NCBI RefSeq assembly: GCF_000315625.1
Contig: NW_005434608.1
Span: 254,018-318,017, forward strand
DNA: 64,000 nt
Reading direction: 5' to 3'
DNA from: Guillardia theta CCMP2712
Lineage: Eukaryota > Protista > Cryptophyta
Part shown: piece by piece, positions 11,439 to 24,041 of the stretch
Layout of the letters: each line of letters starts with the position of its first letter
Numbering within the stretch: position 1 is the first letter of the stretch
Notes under the pieces: generated by a model
Database searches by the model: none
Seen by the model: the letters and a program-made list of their open reading frames with translations, nothing else
What the model was told of the DNA's origin: nothing
Made by a program: the position numbers and the translations under genes

Positions 11439-12167
11439 ATGGTTAACCTCGCGAATCGAGTGGGATGCTTCTCCATGATCAAGTACTTTACTATTCGGGC
11501 ACAGAGACCAGAAGATGCACACCTTGGTATCGAAGCAAAACTTATGTCCGGCAGTTTCCGCGAGCCTCAGTTCTGTATGCAGTACCCGCTACGTCCCGTA
11601 GGAAGTTTCTCAGTGATTGAGCAGCATGAGAGCATTCATGACAGGGTGAACAATACCTTCGTCAGCTGCAATTTCGAGATTGCTGAACCACGGCACGTAC
11701 ACGATCCTGCTGACCTCGTTAATGGCGGCTTGGAGTCGAACTATTCTTCAGCAACTTCAGATTTGTCGAGGGCATCGACTTTGGACTCTTGCAAGCCAGA
11801 AAATCATAAGCTTTGTCTGGATGGTTTTGAAGAAACCGAGCCAGCAATGGCAGCGGAAACCATTGACTTCATTGATATTCAAGATAACTCGACATTCCTG
11901 ATGCAGAACCTTGTTGGTCACAACGCGACACTTGGCCAGCAATTCCTTGTTCCATTGAGGGCAAATAACAGCTCTGTAAAGCCTGGTAGACATTGCAGTA
12001 CAACTTTCACGAAACTCCAACAAGTCGGCGCCAAGATCCAGCAGCGTCAAGAGCAGGTATCCGTCGTCCACAAACATATTTCAAACAAAGCTTTTCAGCC
12101 AAAGTCTCCCAAGGTTTTGAATTGCAGGAGATTGTACAATGTTCCACGACAGATCTACATGATGTAA
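11439..12167 (+). CDS. Hypothetical protein (single ORF, ~242 aa)
   Basis: Uninterrupted ORF; no domain recognised. Confidence 0.5.
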   Translation: MVNLANRVGCFSMIKYFTIRAQRPEDAHLGIEAKLMSGSFREPQFCMQYPLRPVGSFSVIEQHESIHDRVNNTFVSCNFEIAEPRHVHDPADLVNGGLESNYSSATSDLSRASTLDSCKPENHKLCLDGFEETEPAMAAETIDFIDIQDNSTFLMQNLVGHNATLGQQFLVPLRANNSSVKPGRHCSTTFTKLQQVGAKIQQRQEQVSVVHKHISNKAFQPKSPKVLNCRRLYNVPRQIYMM

Positions 12168-12195
12168 TCTGATTTTTAATGTATAGAAATTAGCT

Positions 12196-13194
12196 TCATT
12201 TGAAAACTTTTAAGATCAGCAAGTTCTCGATACCCGCTTTCCTTCTCATCACAACCTTTGTTCTGTACCCCTTTGTTCCCATCCACTTGGCAATCTGTCA
12301 ACAGTTAGACGATGTCACTATACAGTTGTTTTGTGCCGAAAGCTTTGAAACACATCCTACCTCGTGCGGATCGTTGCTATCTAATGCAACCATGTACAGT
12401 CGTCCCTGGGGCGATAAGATTGTCTGTCGAGCATATCAGAAAGGATTCTCATGGCGAGATACTCAACCTCAATTTTCTCCAAAACTTTATCGACAACTTC
12501 CCTGCCTTTATCACCCCCAGCCCACGATCTCGCAATCCAAGAGCTCTGGTGAGAACACGAGTAACGCTGCAGATATCACGCGCGGATCCTTGTCAATACC
12601 TCGATCTCTTCATGAGGGGTTGGGACGTAGGGAGGATTGAAGAGCAAGACATCTATTCCACTCTGAGGTTGAGTCAGAAAGCATGAGGCGACACCAGGAG
12701 GCCTACGGGAAGGTTAATGGCCGAGAACAGGTCCATGTTGAGCAGGTCGATCTTGAGCTGTTCAGCATGCTCACTTACTCGCACATGCTCTTTGCAAGGG
12801 GGGGTAACCTCGTTAGCTTCAAACGTTCGGCGAGCTGCTGCTACTGCATGCGGGTTGATGTCGGAAGCTATGTACGCTGGGCCCTTGAGGTTCAAGGCTA
12901 GGAATGCCGTGATGCACCCCGACCCGCACCTGCACAACATTCAGGGGTTTGGAGGAGGAGGATAATTTCTTGATGTACCCGAGCTCAAAGACAAATCCAG
13001 GTCTTGCAGCTCTGATATCTTCAAGCTCTTTTTCTAGGGCATCCATGAAGAGGAAAGTATCCTCGGCCGGTTCGTAAACATGCTCCCAATCACTCCCTGT
13101 GAGCGGGATAACCTGCCACGGCGATTCAGTCCTTGCTGCATGCGTGCAGTATTGCTCCATCCACCGGATCTCGCTTCAATGATTGACCAGCCAT
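12196..13194 (-). CDS. N6AMT1: HemK2/Mtq2 eRF1 glutamine methyltransferase
   Basis: Spliced: MAGQSLKRDP|VIP..VYEPAEDTFLFMDALE..ELG|CGSG..SDINPHA..VLLFNPPYVPT..AWAGGDKGREV..RRKAGIENLLILKVFK*. Confidence 0.92.
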
Positions 13195-13871
13195 GCCGTG
13201 ACGCGATGCAGGGTGGGTTCCTGCGCTCGCCAGGACTGGGGAAACTTGCTGGAAGAGGAGGAGGATGGAAAGGGCGCGGGTACAAGTCGTCACTTTTCTT
13301 ACTCTCTCGCAATCTCACAACCCCGAAGCTTCAGATCGATGCAGGTGTAAGAGCAACATGTTTCCTGCTTCTTTGACGATCTCAATTCTTGCGCCCTCGT
13401 GAATTCTCAACTTGACCGATCTGTGTGAGAACAGACTGAGTGAGAGAGCCGAACGGTCAGCTACATCTTGACACATCTTCCTCTTCCTCCTCCATCCTTC
13501 ATCCCACCTCGCCTTCCTCCTCCTCCTCCTGGTCAACAGCTCCTAGCTAGAGTTGCATCTCGCATGTTGAGCTAATAATAGCATCAAAATTCGGACTTGA
13601 AATTGAAATTTCAACCAAATGGTCGAAAAATCCACAGATTCAAAGAGAAATTTGAATATTACATGGATAATTTGAATACTATATGGAGGATTTCTTTATT
13701 GTGGGTTTTCAAATAATTTATTGTAAGAATCGGAATGTTATTCCGATTGTGCAAAATGTATGGGATTTTTATTGGAATCCATAAACTTCTATAAATTCTG
13801 GTACACTCCGAAAACATTGAAAAGAGTAGTATATGATAGCTAATAAAAGCTTCGGGAAGAATCCTTACGTA

Positions 13872-14140
13872 AGAGACGAGAGAGGGGAAGGGGAGGGAGA
13901 GCAGGGGAGGAGGAGAGAGCGAGAGCGAGCGAGCGAGCGATAGAGCGAGGGAGAGAGCGAGGGAGAGAGCGAGGGAGCGAGAGAGAGCAAGAGCAAGAGC
14001 GAGAGCGAGAGAAAGAGAGCGAGAGAGGAGAGAGAGCGAGTGCGAGAGCAAGCGAGAGCGAGAAAAAGGAAGGAGCGAGAGAGAGGGAGAGAGAGAAAGA
14101 GAGCGAGAGAGCGAGAGAGCGAGGAGAGAGAGAGAGAGAG
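13872..14140. repeat. GA/GAGC purine-rich low-complexity tract
   Basis: Direct reading; follows an AT-rich block at 13570-13870. Confidence 0.85.
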
Positions 14141-14269
14141 TAGAGAAGATCGTAGAGGACAGCTCTATACGGAAAAGAACCGGCGTGAAGGTTTAGATAG
14201 GCAAGGAGAGAATCGAAAAGACGGAAAGGCGGGGAGGGCGTAACGACGTGTCAGTCTTAAAGATCCTGC

Positions 14270-15780
14270 GAATGCCAATCTGATTGAACAACTTCGACCG
14301 ACCGTGTCAAGATCTCCACAGCTTCTGGTTCAACGCTACCATTCGATTTGCTCTCTTCCGAACACGACAGTCCTCTGTTCGCCTAGTTTGTCACTGACAC
14401 AACAAGAGACAAGATGAACAAGTTGAAGACGATCAGTTGCATGATGGGTGAGCATCTAGCTTTCGCTCACCTTTGTGACATGATTGTGCAGGAAAAACAA
14501 CACCAAGGCTGTCAAGAAGTTATTCCTTCCACGTCCTTCATCCGCAGATGCGACGGATTCGCCCAGTCGCCCCACGTCTTCACATGCCATGGTTGCGACA
14601 GGGGAGGCATTTCTCGGAGGGACCAGAGAGGTTCGCACGATCGATATTGATGACAATGCAAAGATGGTCCTTTGATCATGTTCGCAGCGGCCCTGAGAGG
14701 AAGGAAGGCGCCGCCAATGCACAGAGCAAGGTTGATTGCACTTGGGGGTTTAAGAGCAGAGACGCTATCCTTGAAGTGCTCGACGACAACAGGCAGATCA
14801 GCCAGCAGATGGTTAGGACTTGCTTGTTGGGAGGGTGCCGAAGATCTCATACCTTCATGCTTCTAGCTTTTCAGTTCCATGATGCCCTTGAAGAAGTTGA
14901 ACATGTAAAAAAGGCCTGTTGGGTGTTGGTGATATTCGCTGACATACTGCCAAGTTCGAAGGAGGGCATTGAGATGGGGACAATACACGCATTCTTGTGC
15001 ATTGCTGAGATGTGAGATTGTAGTTTCCTCTTGTGAAGTCACCGAACTCATGGTGGCCAGGTATCGAAGCCGCGATGAAAGCAAGTTCGAGATTCACAGT
15101 TCTAGCATCTTGAACGGAGGCCTGGCCATGCAGTTTGCGAAGCAGGCCCAGATCGTAAGTCCGCTGTCACGTGAGTGTTAGCTCATACTGTGCGAAGGAT
15201 GAAACACGCCGGATTGTATCCGTCGATTCAGTTCCGAGATGTACGTGTCGAGTAGCAGTTAACCGTCTGGCAGTTTTGGCTAACCGAGCTCCCCAGTTGA
15301 AGTCGTCGTTGCTGTACTCTATCGTCACCTTCGAAGAAGTCGTGCCAGACTTTGAAGGGTATCCTGAGCTTGCTTGTCAACAGCAGCCTGACTGGTCGTG
15401 CAGACATTGGTCTGTTCGATTCTTTGGCAAGAACATGCTTTCCAGTTTCATCACAGTCCGTGCTTTTTCCTCTGATACTCTCTTCCTGACGTTGGTGAAC
15501 CGACTGCAGATTGCTTCAAGTTATCTTCAACTAGCTCAGACGATGCAACCTGTGATCTCAAGAATATCGTTTGTTCGATTCTTATCTCTGCACTCCAGGT
15601 TCATCTACAAGTGACCATGCATATTAAAGGAAGACAACGGATCAGCTTCGTCAACCTTGAACAGTGGGAGCATCGACCCCCCATGATAGATGAGACAAGC
15701 TCGGACGACACGGGCTTTGAAGACTTCGATCACGTTTGGTTGCTGGAAGCTATGATCGACTGGAAGGATTTCATGTGAGA
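14270..15780 (+). CDS. Hypothetical multi-exon protein
   Basis: Alternating coding-like segments and short GT-AG introns; no domain recognised; ends approximate. Confidence 0.35.
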
Positions 15781-15937
15781 GCAAGAGCCTGTTGTTGTTA
15801 GGGGAGTTCATGTTCGTGTTCATGTCTTTGTCTTCTTTTGCCCATTGTTTTTCGCTGTGGTAGTGGTGATCATTTGGATGATGGAAGGCGAAAGGCTAGA
15901 GAAGGAGGGAGTGAACCGGAGGAGAAGTTTGGTGACT

Positions 15938-16000
15938 GAGGAGGAGGAGGAGGAGGAGGAGGAGGAGGAGGAGGAGGAGGAGGAGGAGGAGGAGGAGGAG
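15938..16000. repeat. (GAG)n microsatellite
   Basis: Direct reading. Confidence 0.95.
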
Positions 16001-16612
16001 GGGGAAGGAAGGAAGGAAGGAAGAGGAGGAGGATAGAAAGTGTATTTGGAAGGTGTATTCGTGTGGTGGTTGCGTTCAGGACTCATCGCTGAGTGACTGG
16101 AGGGAGCGGGGGGTGGGGGGGGAAAGAAGAAAGAGGTCGAGCATCAAGCTTGGGGGCTGATCAACTTGAACAGACAAATGAATCAGATGCCGACCGGCTT
16201 CGAGTCCGGGGAGGATCACGAGAACATCCAGTACAGGTTGAGGGAGAAGAGACTAGGTTGATTGGCCCTTGACATGACGCCAGGTGGATAGTTAAAGACA
16301 TCAACGAGCACATGGAGACAATCGGCGAGCAGAGCAAGTGGAACATCAGATGGTCGTGATATGCAGACTGATCTACTTGCTGACTTTTAGTTGCAAACAG
16401 GTGAACGACTGCAGAAGCTCTATGCAACACAGTGCAACCGTCCAGTGGCCTCCAAAGATGGCACGATGTGCATACTACTACAACACGATCCCACATAAAC
16501 ATGTTCATTCAAAAGTCGGATTGAGAGTCAAAGTAGCTGTAGTTTCCCATGCTTGTTTGCACGATGATACTTTGAAGCGCGGTCTTGAAAACTTATCGGG
16601 TTCTCGTTTGCA

Positions 16613-18461
16613 TCATTCCTCTCCGATCCCTTTTGTCTTGTGCAGCTCGTACCAGTGATGATCCTATCAAACGACATCATCAGCATGTCCATCGTGAAAC
16701 CACCTCCGGACCTTCTTCGATTTTCTCAGGCGCACGATGACTGTATCCTTCTTGACTCGGACGTTGCTCTCCTCAGGGATGATCTCTTCACTAAGTTTCG
16801 GAACTTGCAATCTATGGTTGAAACCTGCAAGCAGCTGTTAGATCCACATTCCCCGAGCTTGTTCCTTTCACACCCCTTTGTCCCATCCTCAACCTCCTCG
16901 CTTTCATTCTGCCCATCTCCTCCTCCTCTTCCTCCTCCCCCCGCCTCCCACCACATCTCCTCCTCACCGCATCTCCTCCTCACTTACCATTGTAGTTCAT
17001 GATCCTGATACTGCAACTCCTCACGTCAAAATCCGCTGTCACTGAGCTCTCCGGCAGGTCGCCAACCTTGGGCATCGAGATGTAGACCCTGACAGCTTCC
17101 CGTCACCTCCAACCACTGCGAGTCGAGTTCCCTCACTTGACCCAGCCATCCTCGTCCTCGAACGAGTAGCTGCTGATTGTCTTGTAATGAATAATCTCCT
17201 CCTGCTTCGCAGCACGCGTGCGAATCTGCGGTCACATGAGCAAGTTTCCCCGTTACCCTCCTCCCCTCCGCCTGAACCTGCTTCGGCGCCTCCACTGGAG
17301 CTGGCGCCTCATCAGTGGCCTTGCGGGACCAGTAGTAGTAGGATTTGTCCTTAGCCTTCACTTTGGACAGCTCGATCGCATTCTTCACTTCGGATGAGTT
17401 CACCACAATCCGCTCGTTGTTCTCTGCCACCGAGTTAGAACTTCGCGCCTCATCCCCTCCTCCTCCTTCCCCACCCTTCATGGCCTCCTCAAGCGTCACA
17501 ATCCAGATGTCATCTCCGTTCTTAAACGTCTTGGCGATCGGAGCGTCGGCAGGAACGACAACCTGCAGGACAGGTAAGGGGGAACTTTGACGGTTCCCTT
17601 CGTTCTCACCTGACCGTCTGTTCGCGCACACAAGGAGTACTTGTCCAGCCCTTCCACCTCTGAGTTGTTCTTGTGCTTCTCATTGTAGATCCTCACAAAG
17701 TCCTGCACAGCAGGTTACAAACAAGGACCGAGTATCTACCGAGAAAGACACCTCTATCAAGCTTCCCACGGTTTTGCCAGCGTCAGTGATCTGGAAGACT
17801 TGTGTAGCGTTTGGATCTTGTCTTGACGACGCAGCTGAATGTAAGCATTAGAAGCACATCCAAGGCTCGGCATACTGCCCTCACCACTCTCGTAATGAGC
17901 ATACACTTTCATCTTTACTGTCTCCTTCTTGGCTTCTGAGCCGTTGGCGTGAGCCGAGGTGATGCTAGATTCGTTGCTGGACCCTGTTGCCGTTTAACCA
18001 GCTAAGATCGAGGGCAGGGAAGGTCTTACCATCCAGATTTCTAGGCTTAGAAGACTCCAGGACGTTAACAAATACATCATCTCCAGCTGACACATAGTCT
18101 TTCAACTTCGCATCTTCAGGTATGATTTTGCTGAAGGAACCCCGTCAATGAAGATCAAGTACCAGATATTCTTTGACAAAGAGTGCATTCAAACTCAACC
18201 AAACTGATCGTTACATCCCACATATCAAACTCACCTTCCAATCTTCAACTCAATCTTCGCAGGCTCCAGAAAGCACTTGTGCCCGTACTTTGAGTTGTAC
18301 TTGGAGCAGAAGAAAGCCTTAAGGTCCGCGCAGGATGGAGGCTTTTCCCCTCCTTCCACCAGGGCCTCATCGATCATGAAGGGACTTGTGTATGCTGGTC
18401 TTTCCTCCTCTCCTCCCTTCTCGTCCTCCTCTACATGACAGTATCCTTTCCCTCCCGGCAT
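16613..18461 (-). CDS. Protein with two tandem related N-terminal domains (possibly beta-grasp) and a C-terminal CS (p23/SGT1/CacyBP-like) domain
   Basis: Spliced model: KGYCHVEE..F..YNSK..IIPEDA..GDDVFV and KVYAHYE..F..YNEK..VVPADA..GDDIWIV; CS-like YSFEDEDGWVK|VYISMP..IIPEESNVRVKKDTVIVRLRK..HWYEL. Confidence 0.65.
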
Positions 18462-18944
18462 TGCGAGTTCTCTAAACCACGACCACCCACCAGTCATGAT
18501 ACCACCAACTCGCCTACCCCCTACCTACTCCAAGTCCTCGAATCACCCACCCTGACTGTATTGGCGGTTCAGCACCCTACCCCTCCTTCCATCCCAACGC
18601 ATCATTGGGCAATTTCGATCAAATGACTGAAACCATGTTGTTCAATTTGAAACTATCATTAACTTAATTTCAAATTATCTATGAAAAAAACTTCCAGAAC
18701 TTCTGGTTGGATGGGGGAGGTCCAACCCTACCCCACTTTTCGAAATCGACAATTTCATAAATTCCACGTCAAATAACAAATAAACTATAATACGATGTTT
18801 GTATTCCATCAATAGACTACAAAAGAATCAATATTCAATTGGCACCATGCACAAAGCCCGAGACTATAGAAACCTTGCTGCCATATCCTTTCACTGTAGT
18901 GATACTCTGGGGCAGGCTCGTAAAATCCTTCGGCCCCCATCACC

Positions 18945-20785
18945 ATGCTGCGCCTCCTAAGCGTCGGTCTGCTGCTGGCAGCGCAGGGGTCGAGCATGGG
19001 CTACGAGCTCAAGAGATTCGGGCTAGGATCCCATGCTCGCCTTGCTCCTTGCGTTCAGCCAGGCTTCGTTAGCTTCTCAGCCCTCCCCAAGTTTGCAATG
19101 CGAGCCCCGAGCGACCTGGCGGTTGCTCGTCTCCGTCCCAAGGCTGCTTTCGCTGTGAGAAGAGCAAGGCTCGGTTGCCGCTCCTTGGGCATGATGGCTG
19201 ACGAGGGAGAATCTCCGCATGCATCAGTAGACAGCGACGAGGCTGAAGCTACTTGGACTCTCCAGGACGACCTAGAACGAATCCGTGCAGCACTGGATCC
19301 TGGATCCGAAAGCGGCCGCAAACTGCAGGAGACCATAGAGAAGCTGGAGAAACTCAGCGATGCTGCCGTCCAGCCCAAGTCCACCAAGTTGTTCAAGTCG
19401 GTGAAGAAGAGGACAGGGGCATTCGCTGTCATGGTTGAGACTTGTCTGGAGGAAGGGAGCGAGCAGGAGGTGGTGGACCTGTCGCGACAAATCCGGCAGA
19501 GCAAATCATCAGGGATCATGATAGACGTCAGGAACACTTTCTCCTCAGATGGAAGACAAAGCTTCGATCAAGTATTCATGGAACAAGTGCTGCACCATTG
19601 CAAGCCTGCTGACTTGTTCCACAGATATCCCAGGAGCAGAGATCGGCAAAGGGAAATTTTCCAGGGCCATGCCCGATTGTTGTTCGCCATCGATCTATTG
19701 CACATCCATGGCAGGTACCTCAGTCAGCTACTGGAGGACAGCTACGTATGCTGACCTGTTCCTGCCTGTCAGGTTGCCGAGATCTCGTGTGCAGGAGCAG
19801 AAGGGGTCGTGTTGTCCTGTGCCGCACTGTCCGATCAGGAGTGGTATCACCTCTGCTGTCCTCACAAGAAGCACCACCACGTCTCTCCCTGTCTATCACC
19901 TCTTCCTTCAGAATCCTTTCGGCTCCTCGAGATTTCTCTCTCTTTAGTTCACCGAGACTGACGTCGATGGCTGACCGTTGTACCTCGGCAGGGGCTCAAA
20001 GCTGATTCAGAGCTGCAACTTTCTTGGACTTGGTCGGGGCTCTTGTCTTGAGTTGCAGCGTCTCGTGATGACTCTGAACTTCCAGAGGTCCTTGTGGAAG
20101 TATCCGATGAGGACGAAGTGAAGCAAGCTGTGGAGGTTGCGGCGTTAAGGCTGACTTCGACGTGATGATCCTTTCCTGTCAGGCTGGAGCAAAGATTGTT
20201 TGTGTCAGAGGGGTTGAGAGTGTGGAGGAGGCTGTCATCCTCAGGGCGAGCATCCCCGACGTGCGTTGTTGGCTGGTGCCAAAGTGTGGAGTCCTGACAA
20301 GTCTTGCAGACTTGCGCGGCCGTGTGTGCTGTCCCAGCCCAACAGGAAGACAACAATGAGGTTTCTTCTGCTGTTTCCGCTGCCTTCCCCTGTGATTGGT
20401 TTTCCTGCTCTCAGATAGTTGAGGTCGAGCGTCTGAAACAGGCCAAGTATGATGCAGTCATCCTCATGGACGCAGCCCTCTCCGCTGGCCCGGACCGTTA
20501 CTACGTGCAGTTCGCACTCAACGAGATTCTTGTTGGTCTCCACGCCCCATCCTGCACGGCACTGACACGTGACGATCCCTTCAGAGCAAGAAGAGCAGCT
20601 CGTACTCCTTCGGGACGATGGGAACGTCAGGAGAGGTTGGCCCACATCCCACCTCTCTCGTCGCTAATGCTCCTCTCAGCCCGATAAGCCGCCCCCCGGC
20701 ATGATGCCGGCAGCGCAAGAGGCGGCGAAGAGGAATCCAAGGTGAGTTGGGGTGTCGCTACGACACTTGCTGACAAATCTTCTTG

Positions 20786-20840
<55 letters not shown>

Positions 20841-21032
20841 TCCGGGCCCGCCTTCTCTCCATCGCTCACTGACTCTCACAAAGGGCATGGGCGAAGGCGC
20901 AGCGGGAGGCGAAGAAGATCGTCTCCGACTACAAGAGGGGAGTGAGGTATGGAGGGTTGGAAACCGTCGTACTATGTATTTCTCTTGATCTCTTCTTTTT
21001 GCAGGGTACTGGACAAGTCAAGACAGTTCTAA
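18945..21032 (+). CDS. Indole-3-glycerol-phosphate-synthase (TrpC)-like TIM-barrel protein with bipartite plastid-type leader
   Basis: Signal peptide MLRLLSVGLLLAAQG plus Arg/Ser/Ala-rich transit; AVMVE, KGNFPGPCPIV, AGAEGVVL, LGL|EVLVEVSDEDEV..AGAKIV; 3' end approximate. Confidence 0.65.
20785..20839. repeat. (GCCT)n intronic microsatellite
   Basis: Direct reading. Confidence 0.9.
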
Positions 21033-21042
21033 GGAAATAAAA

Positions 21043-21290
21043 CCCGGGCCGCGCCGGCCCCGGGCGGATCCGTTCAATTTTTTGCTGGCCCGGCGCACTG
21101 ACAACCGTTGAACCGCAACACTGTCAGCGAGCTCACTGAGTCAGGATTCCTCACTGAGTCGGGATTCCGAAGTTTGCAAGCGGCCCGGCCCGGGCCCCGG
21201 CTGGCCGGAACTTGGCAAATCGCCGGGACCGTCACCCGGTCGGCCCGGCCCCGCCGAGTTGAGTGAGTGCATGGTCACTGAGGCGGACCC
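21043..21290. promoter_or_regulatory. CCGG-rich island upstream of the GNAT-TadA gene
   Basis: GGCCCGG words, repeated CACTGAGTC, terminal TCACTGAGGCGGAC. Confidence 0.5.
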
Positions 21291-21431
21291 CTCTTGTTGC
21301 CCTTCGCCCCTGAGTCCATGGCGGGGCAGATGTCGAGCGGTCGCATCTCCCCAGCCGCGTATGTTGTGCTCCCCACCGTGAGCCTCCTGCTCTCCCCTCC
21401 TCTCCCCCTCACATTCCAACGCTCATGCAGC

Positions 21432-22869
21432 ATGCTGAAAGGCCTCTCGCTGCCCACTGCTCGTCGGCTGCTGACGACGAGACTCATGCGTGAGAACGAA
21501 GGAGGAAGGAGAAGAGCGGGGGAGGTGAGGATAGAGAAGGTGTCGGACAAGCACGAGGCCCTCCTGGACCTCATCCGAGCTTCTGTGCAGGACAACGAGT
21601 TCTCGCCCTATGAGGATGTTGAGGAGGCAAAAAGGTACAAGGAGGGGTTCTCGTACTACCTCGCCAGCCTCTCCTCCTCTGGCGAAACCTGCGGCTTCTT
21701 CTCCATGGGATCATCTTTTCCCAGGAGAAGCTCGCACGTATGCAATCTAGACGTCTACACAGTCAGGTCGTACAGGAGGCAGGGGATCGGATCGATCATG
21801 TGCATGGAAGCGCAGCGCATAGCGAGGAGCGAAGGTGGAGGGAGGAGATGAGCTTACAAAGCTGACGTGTCGCAGGGTTCGAGCTCCTGTGGGCGCCCCT
21901 TGTGTTTGTGAGCAATACTGAAGCTTGCGAAATGATGAGAGCGATGAACTTCCGCCTGTTGTCTGTCTTGCCGCGCGCAGGGAGGCTGAGAGATGGGAGG
22001 AGCAGGACGGACGCGATGCAGTTCTACCTGCCCCTGCAGGAGAGCAAGCAGAAGCCCGCTGCTCGCGCGCTGACTTCAGAAGGGACGGATGATGCACGAG
22101 ACGAAGAGTGGATGAAGAGGGCGATGGAGCTGGCGGAGAGAGCGAAGGAGGGAGGTGAGATTCCTGTAGGAGCTGTGGTTGTCTTAGGAGACGACCTTGT
22201 GGGAGAAGGATGCAACATGATACGAGCAAGCGTTGATCCGAGTGGGCATGCGGAGATGATTGCGATCCGTCAAGCTGCTCAGCGGCTGGGAAATTACAGG
22301 TGAGGGAGGAAACGTTGAAGATGAATATGGATATGAAGAAGATGGTGAAGGTTAAAGCATTGTGGAGGTGGAGGAGGGGGAGATCAGTTTGATAGATGTT
22401 ACAACTCGAAGAGGAGATTGGTGTGATAAATGTCATAGCAATGGTGATGGTGATAATGATGATGATGACGACGATGACTGCGTCAAGCATGTGCATAGAG
22501 ACGTTTGTGGAGTGGAACAAAAATAATTTCATTCTGCCAGGCTCACGCAGTGCACTCTTTATGTCACCTTGGAGCCGTGCTGCATGTGTGCAGGAGCAAT
22601 CATCCTTGCAAGGATGAAGCGAGTTGTGTTCGGTGCAAGAGACGTCAAGACAGGATGTGCTGGCTCTGCTCTCGACCTGATCGGGCTTCCGAAGTTCAAC
22701 CATGTCGCACGAGTGAAGGCCGGAGTGATGGAGGATGCATGTTCGAAACAGTGAGGGCCATTTTCTTTCCTCCTGTGCCCGGACTCTGATCTTTCCTTTC
22801 AGACTCTCTGATTTCTTTGAGGAGAGGAGAATCGCAAAATTGAAGGATAAGGAAGGGAAAGCAGGCTAA
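21432..22869 (+). CDS. tadA: GNAT acetyltransferase (Mpr1/Spt10-type) fused to tRNA adenosine-34 deaminase (TadA-type)
   Basis: Introns 21835-21875, 22300-22540, 22751-22802. GNAT: FPRRSSHVCN..YRRQGIG..VFVSN. Deaminase: GEIPVGAVVV..DPSGHAE..LYVTLEPCCMCAGAI..RVVFGARDVKTG..FNH. Confidence 0.88.
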
Positions 22870-22942
22870 GGCCGGGGAGCAGACGAAGTTTTTGTTTGTA
22901 ACGCTTCGAAGCTGTTAATCTTTGTGTTGGTTCACTCCGCAT

Positions 22943-23068
22943 TCAACCTACATTGTCCGCGTCCATGTCCGAGCAATTTCTGATGGCATAAAGCAGTTTC
23001 TCTGTCATCACCTAGAGTTGGTGTCACTGTCACTTTCATCGTCATCGTCATCGTCATCATCATCATCA

Positions 23069-23157
<89 letters not shown>

Positions 23158-24005
23158 ATCGTAGTCATCCCCTCCACTTTCTCCATCAACTCGATCTTGA
23201 TTATTTTCATCTACATGCAGCACTCCCCACTGTCGTACCTCAATCGAAGAATAAGCAGGAAGATGCAGGGTGAAGAAGCACGTGTCTGCCTTGGGTAATC
23301 TAAAGACAACTAGTGATCAAACAGAAAAAATGACAATATGAGAGGAAGGTGGAGGAACAAAGAGGAATGATAGGAGAGAAAGACTACAAGAGGACTGGAA
23401 AGATGGAGGAAGGAATGGAAAGAAGGATGCGAGGGGGGAAGGAGGAAGGAGGAAGGAGGAAGGAGGAAGGAGGAAGGAGGAAGGAGGAAGGAGGAAGGAT
23501 GATAGGAGCAGCACCGATCGTCCCCTGGAGGGAGCACATGAATCTTGAAAGTCTCTTCGAAGTCACTCGCTCTTGGCAGTCGACTTCTCCCCCAAACAAA
23601 GCGGAGGAAGCGCAACCGGTCCCTCTGACTGAAACCTCCCAGGACCCTCCACAGGTCCTCCACCACCTCCTTCGCATCCCCGTCCGTGCGGAAGATAGCA
23701 TGCTCCCTCAGTAACTCCAGGTCGACCTCCGCCTGACCCGTCACCATGCTCTCCAGCTCACTCCAGTGCAGGAGGAGGAGCGAGCATGGCTGGACGATCT
23801 CATGAAGACCCCTTCTGATCGCTGACACCTGCTCTCTGCTCTCCTCAAGGCGGATGCGGAAAGCAGCGCGCGCCATGGCGGTCCTGCCTGCTGCTGTGCT
23901 GCAGCCCGTCGCCTCCTCCGAGCTCAGCAGCACCTTCCTTCCATCGCTGAGAGAAACCTCCATGGTGCCATCAGCCAGCTCCCACAAGCCGCTGCTACGC
24001 TGCTT

Positions 24006-24041
<36 letters not shown>

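Noticed and set aside
12196-13194. NPPY motif as a DNA adenine methyltransferase
   Set aside because: Surrounding motifs (VYEPAEDTFL, AWAGG..GRE) identify the HemK2 protein methyltransferase
22922-23223. Poly-S/D/MT ORFs
   Set aside because: Microsatellite inside the last HECT intron
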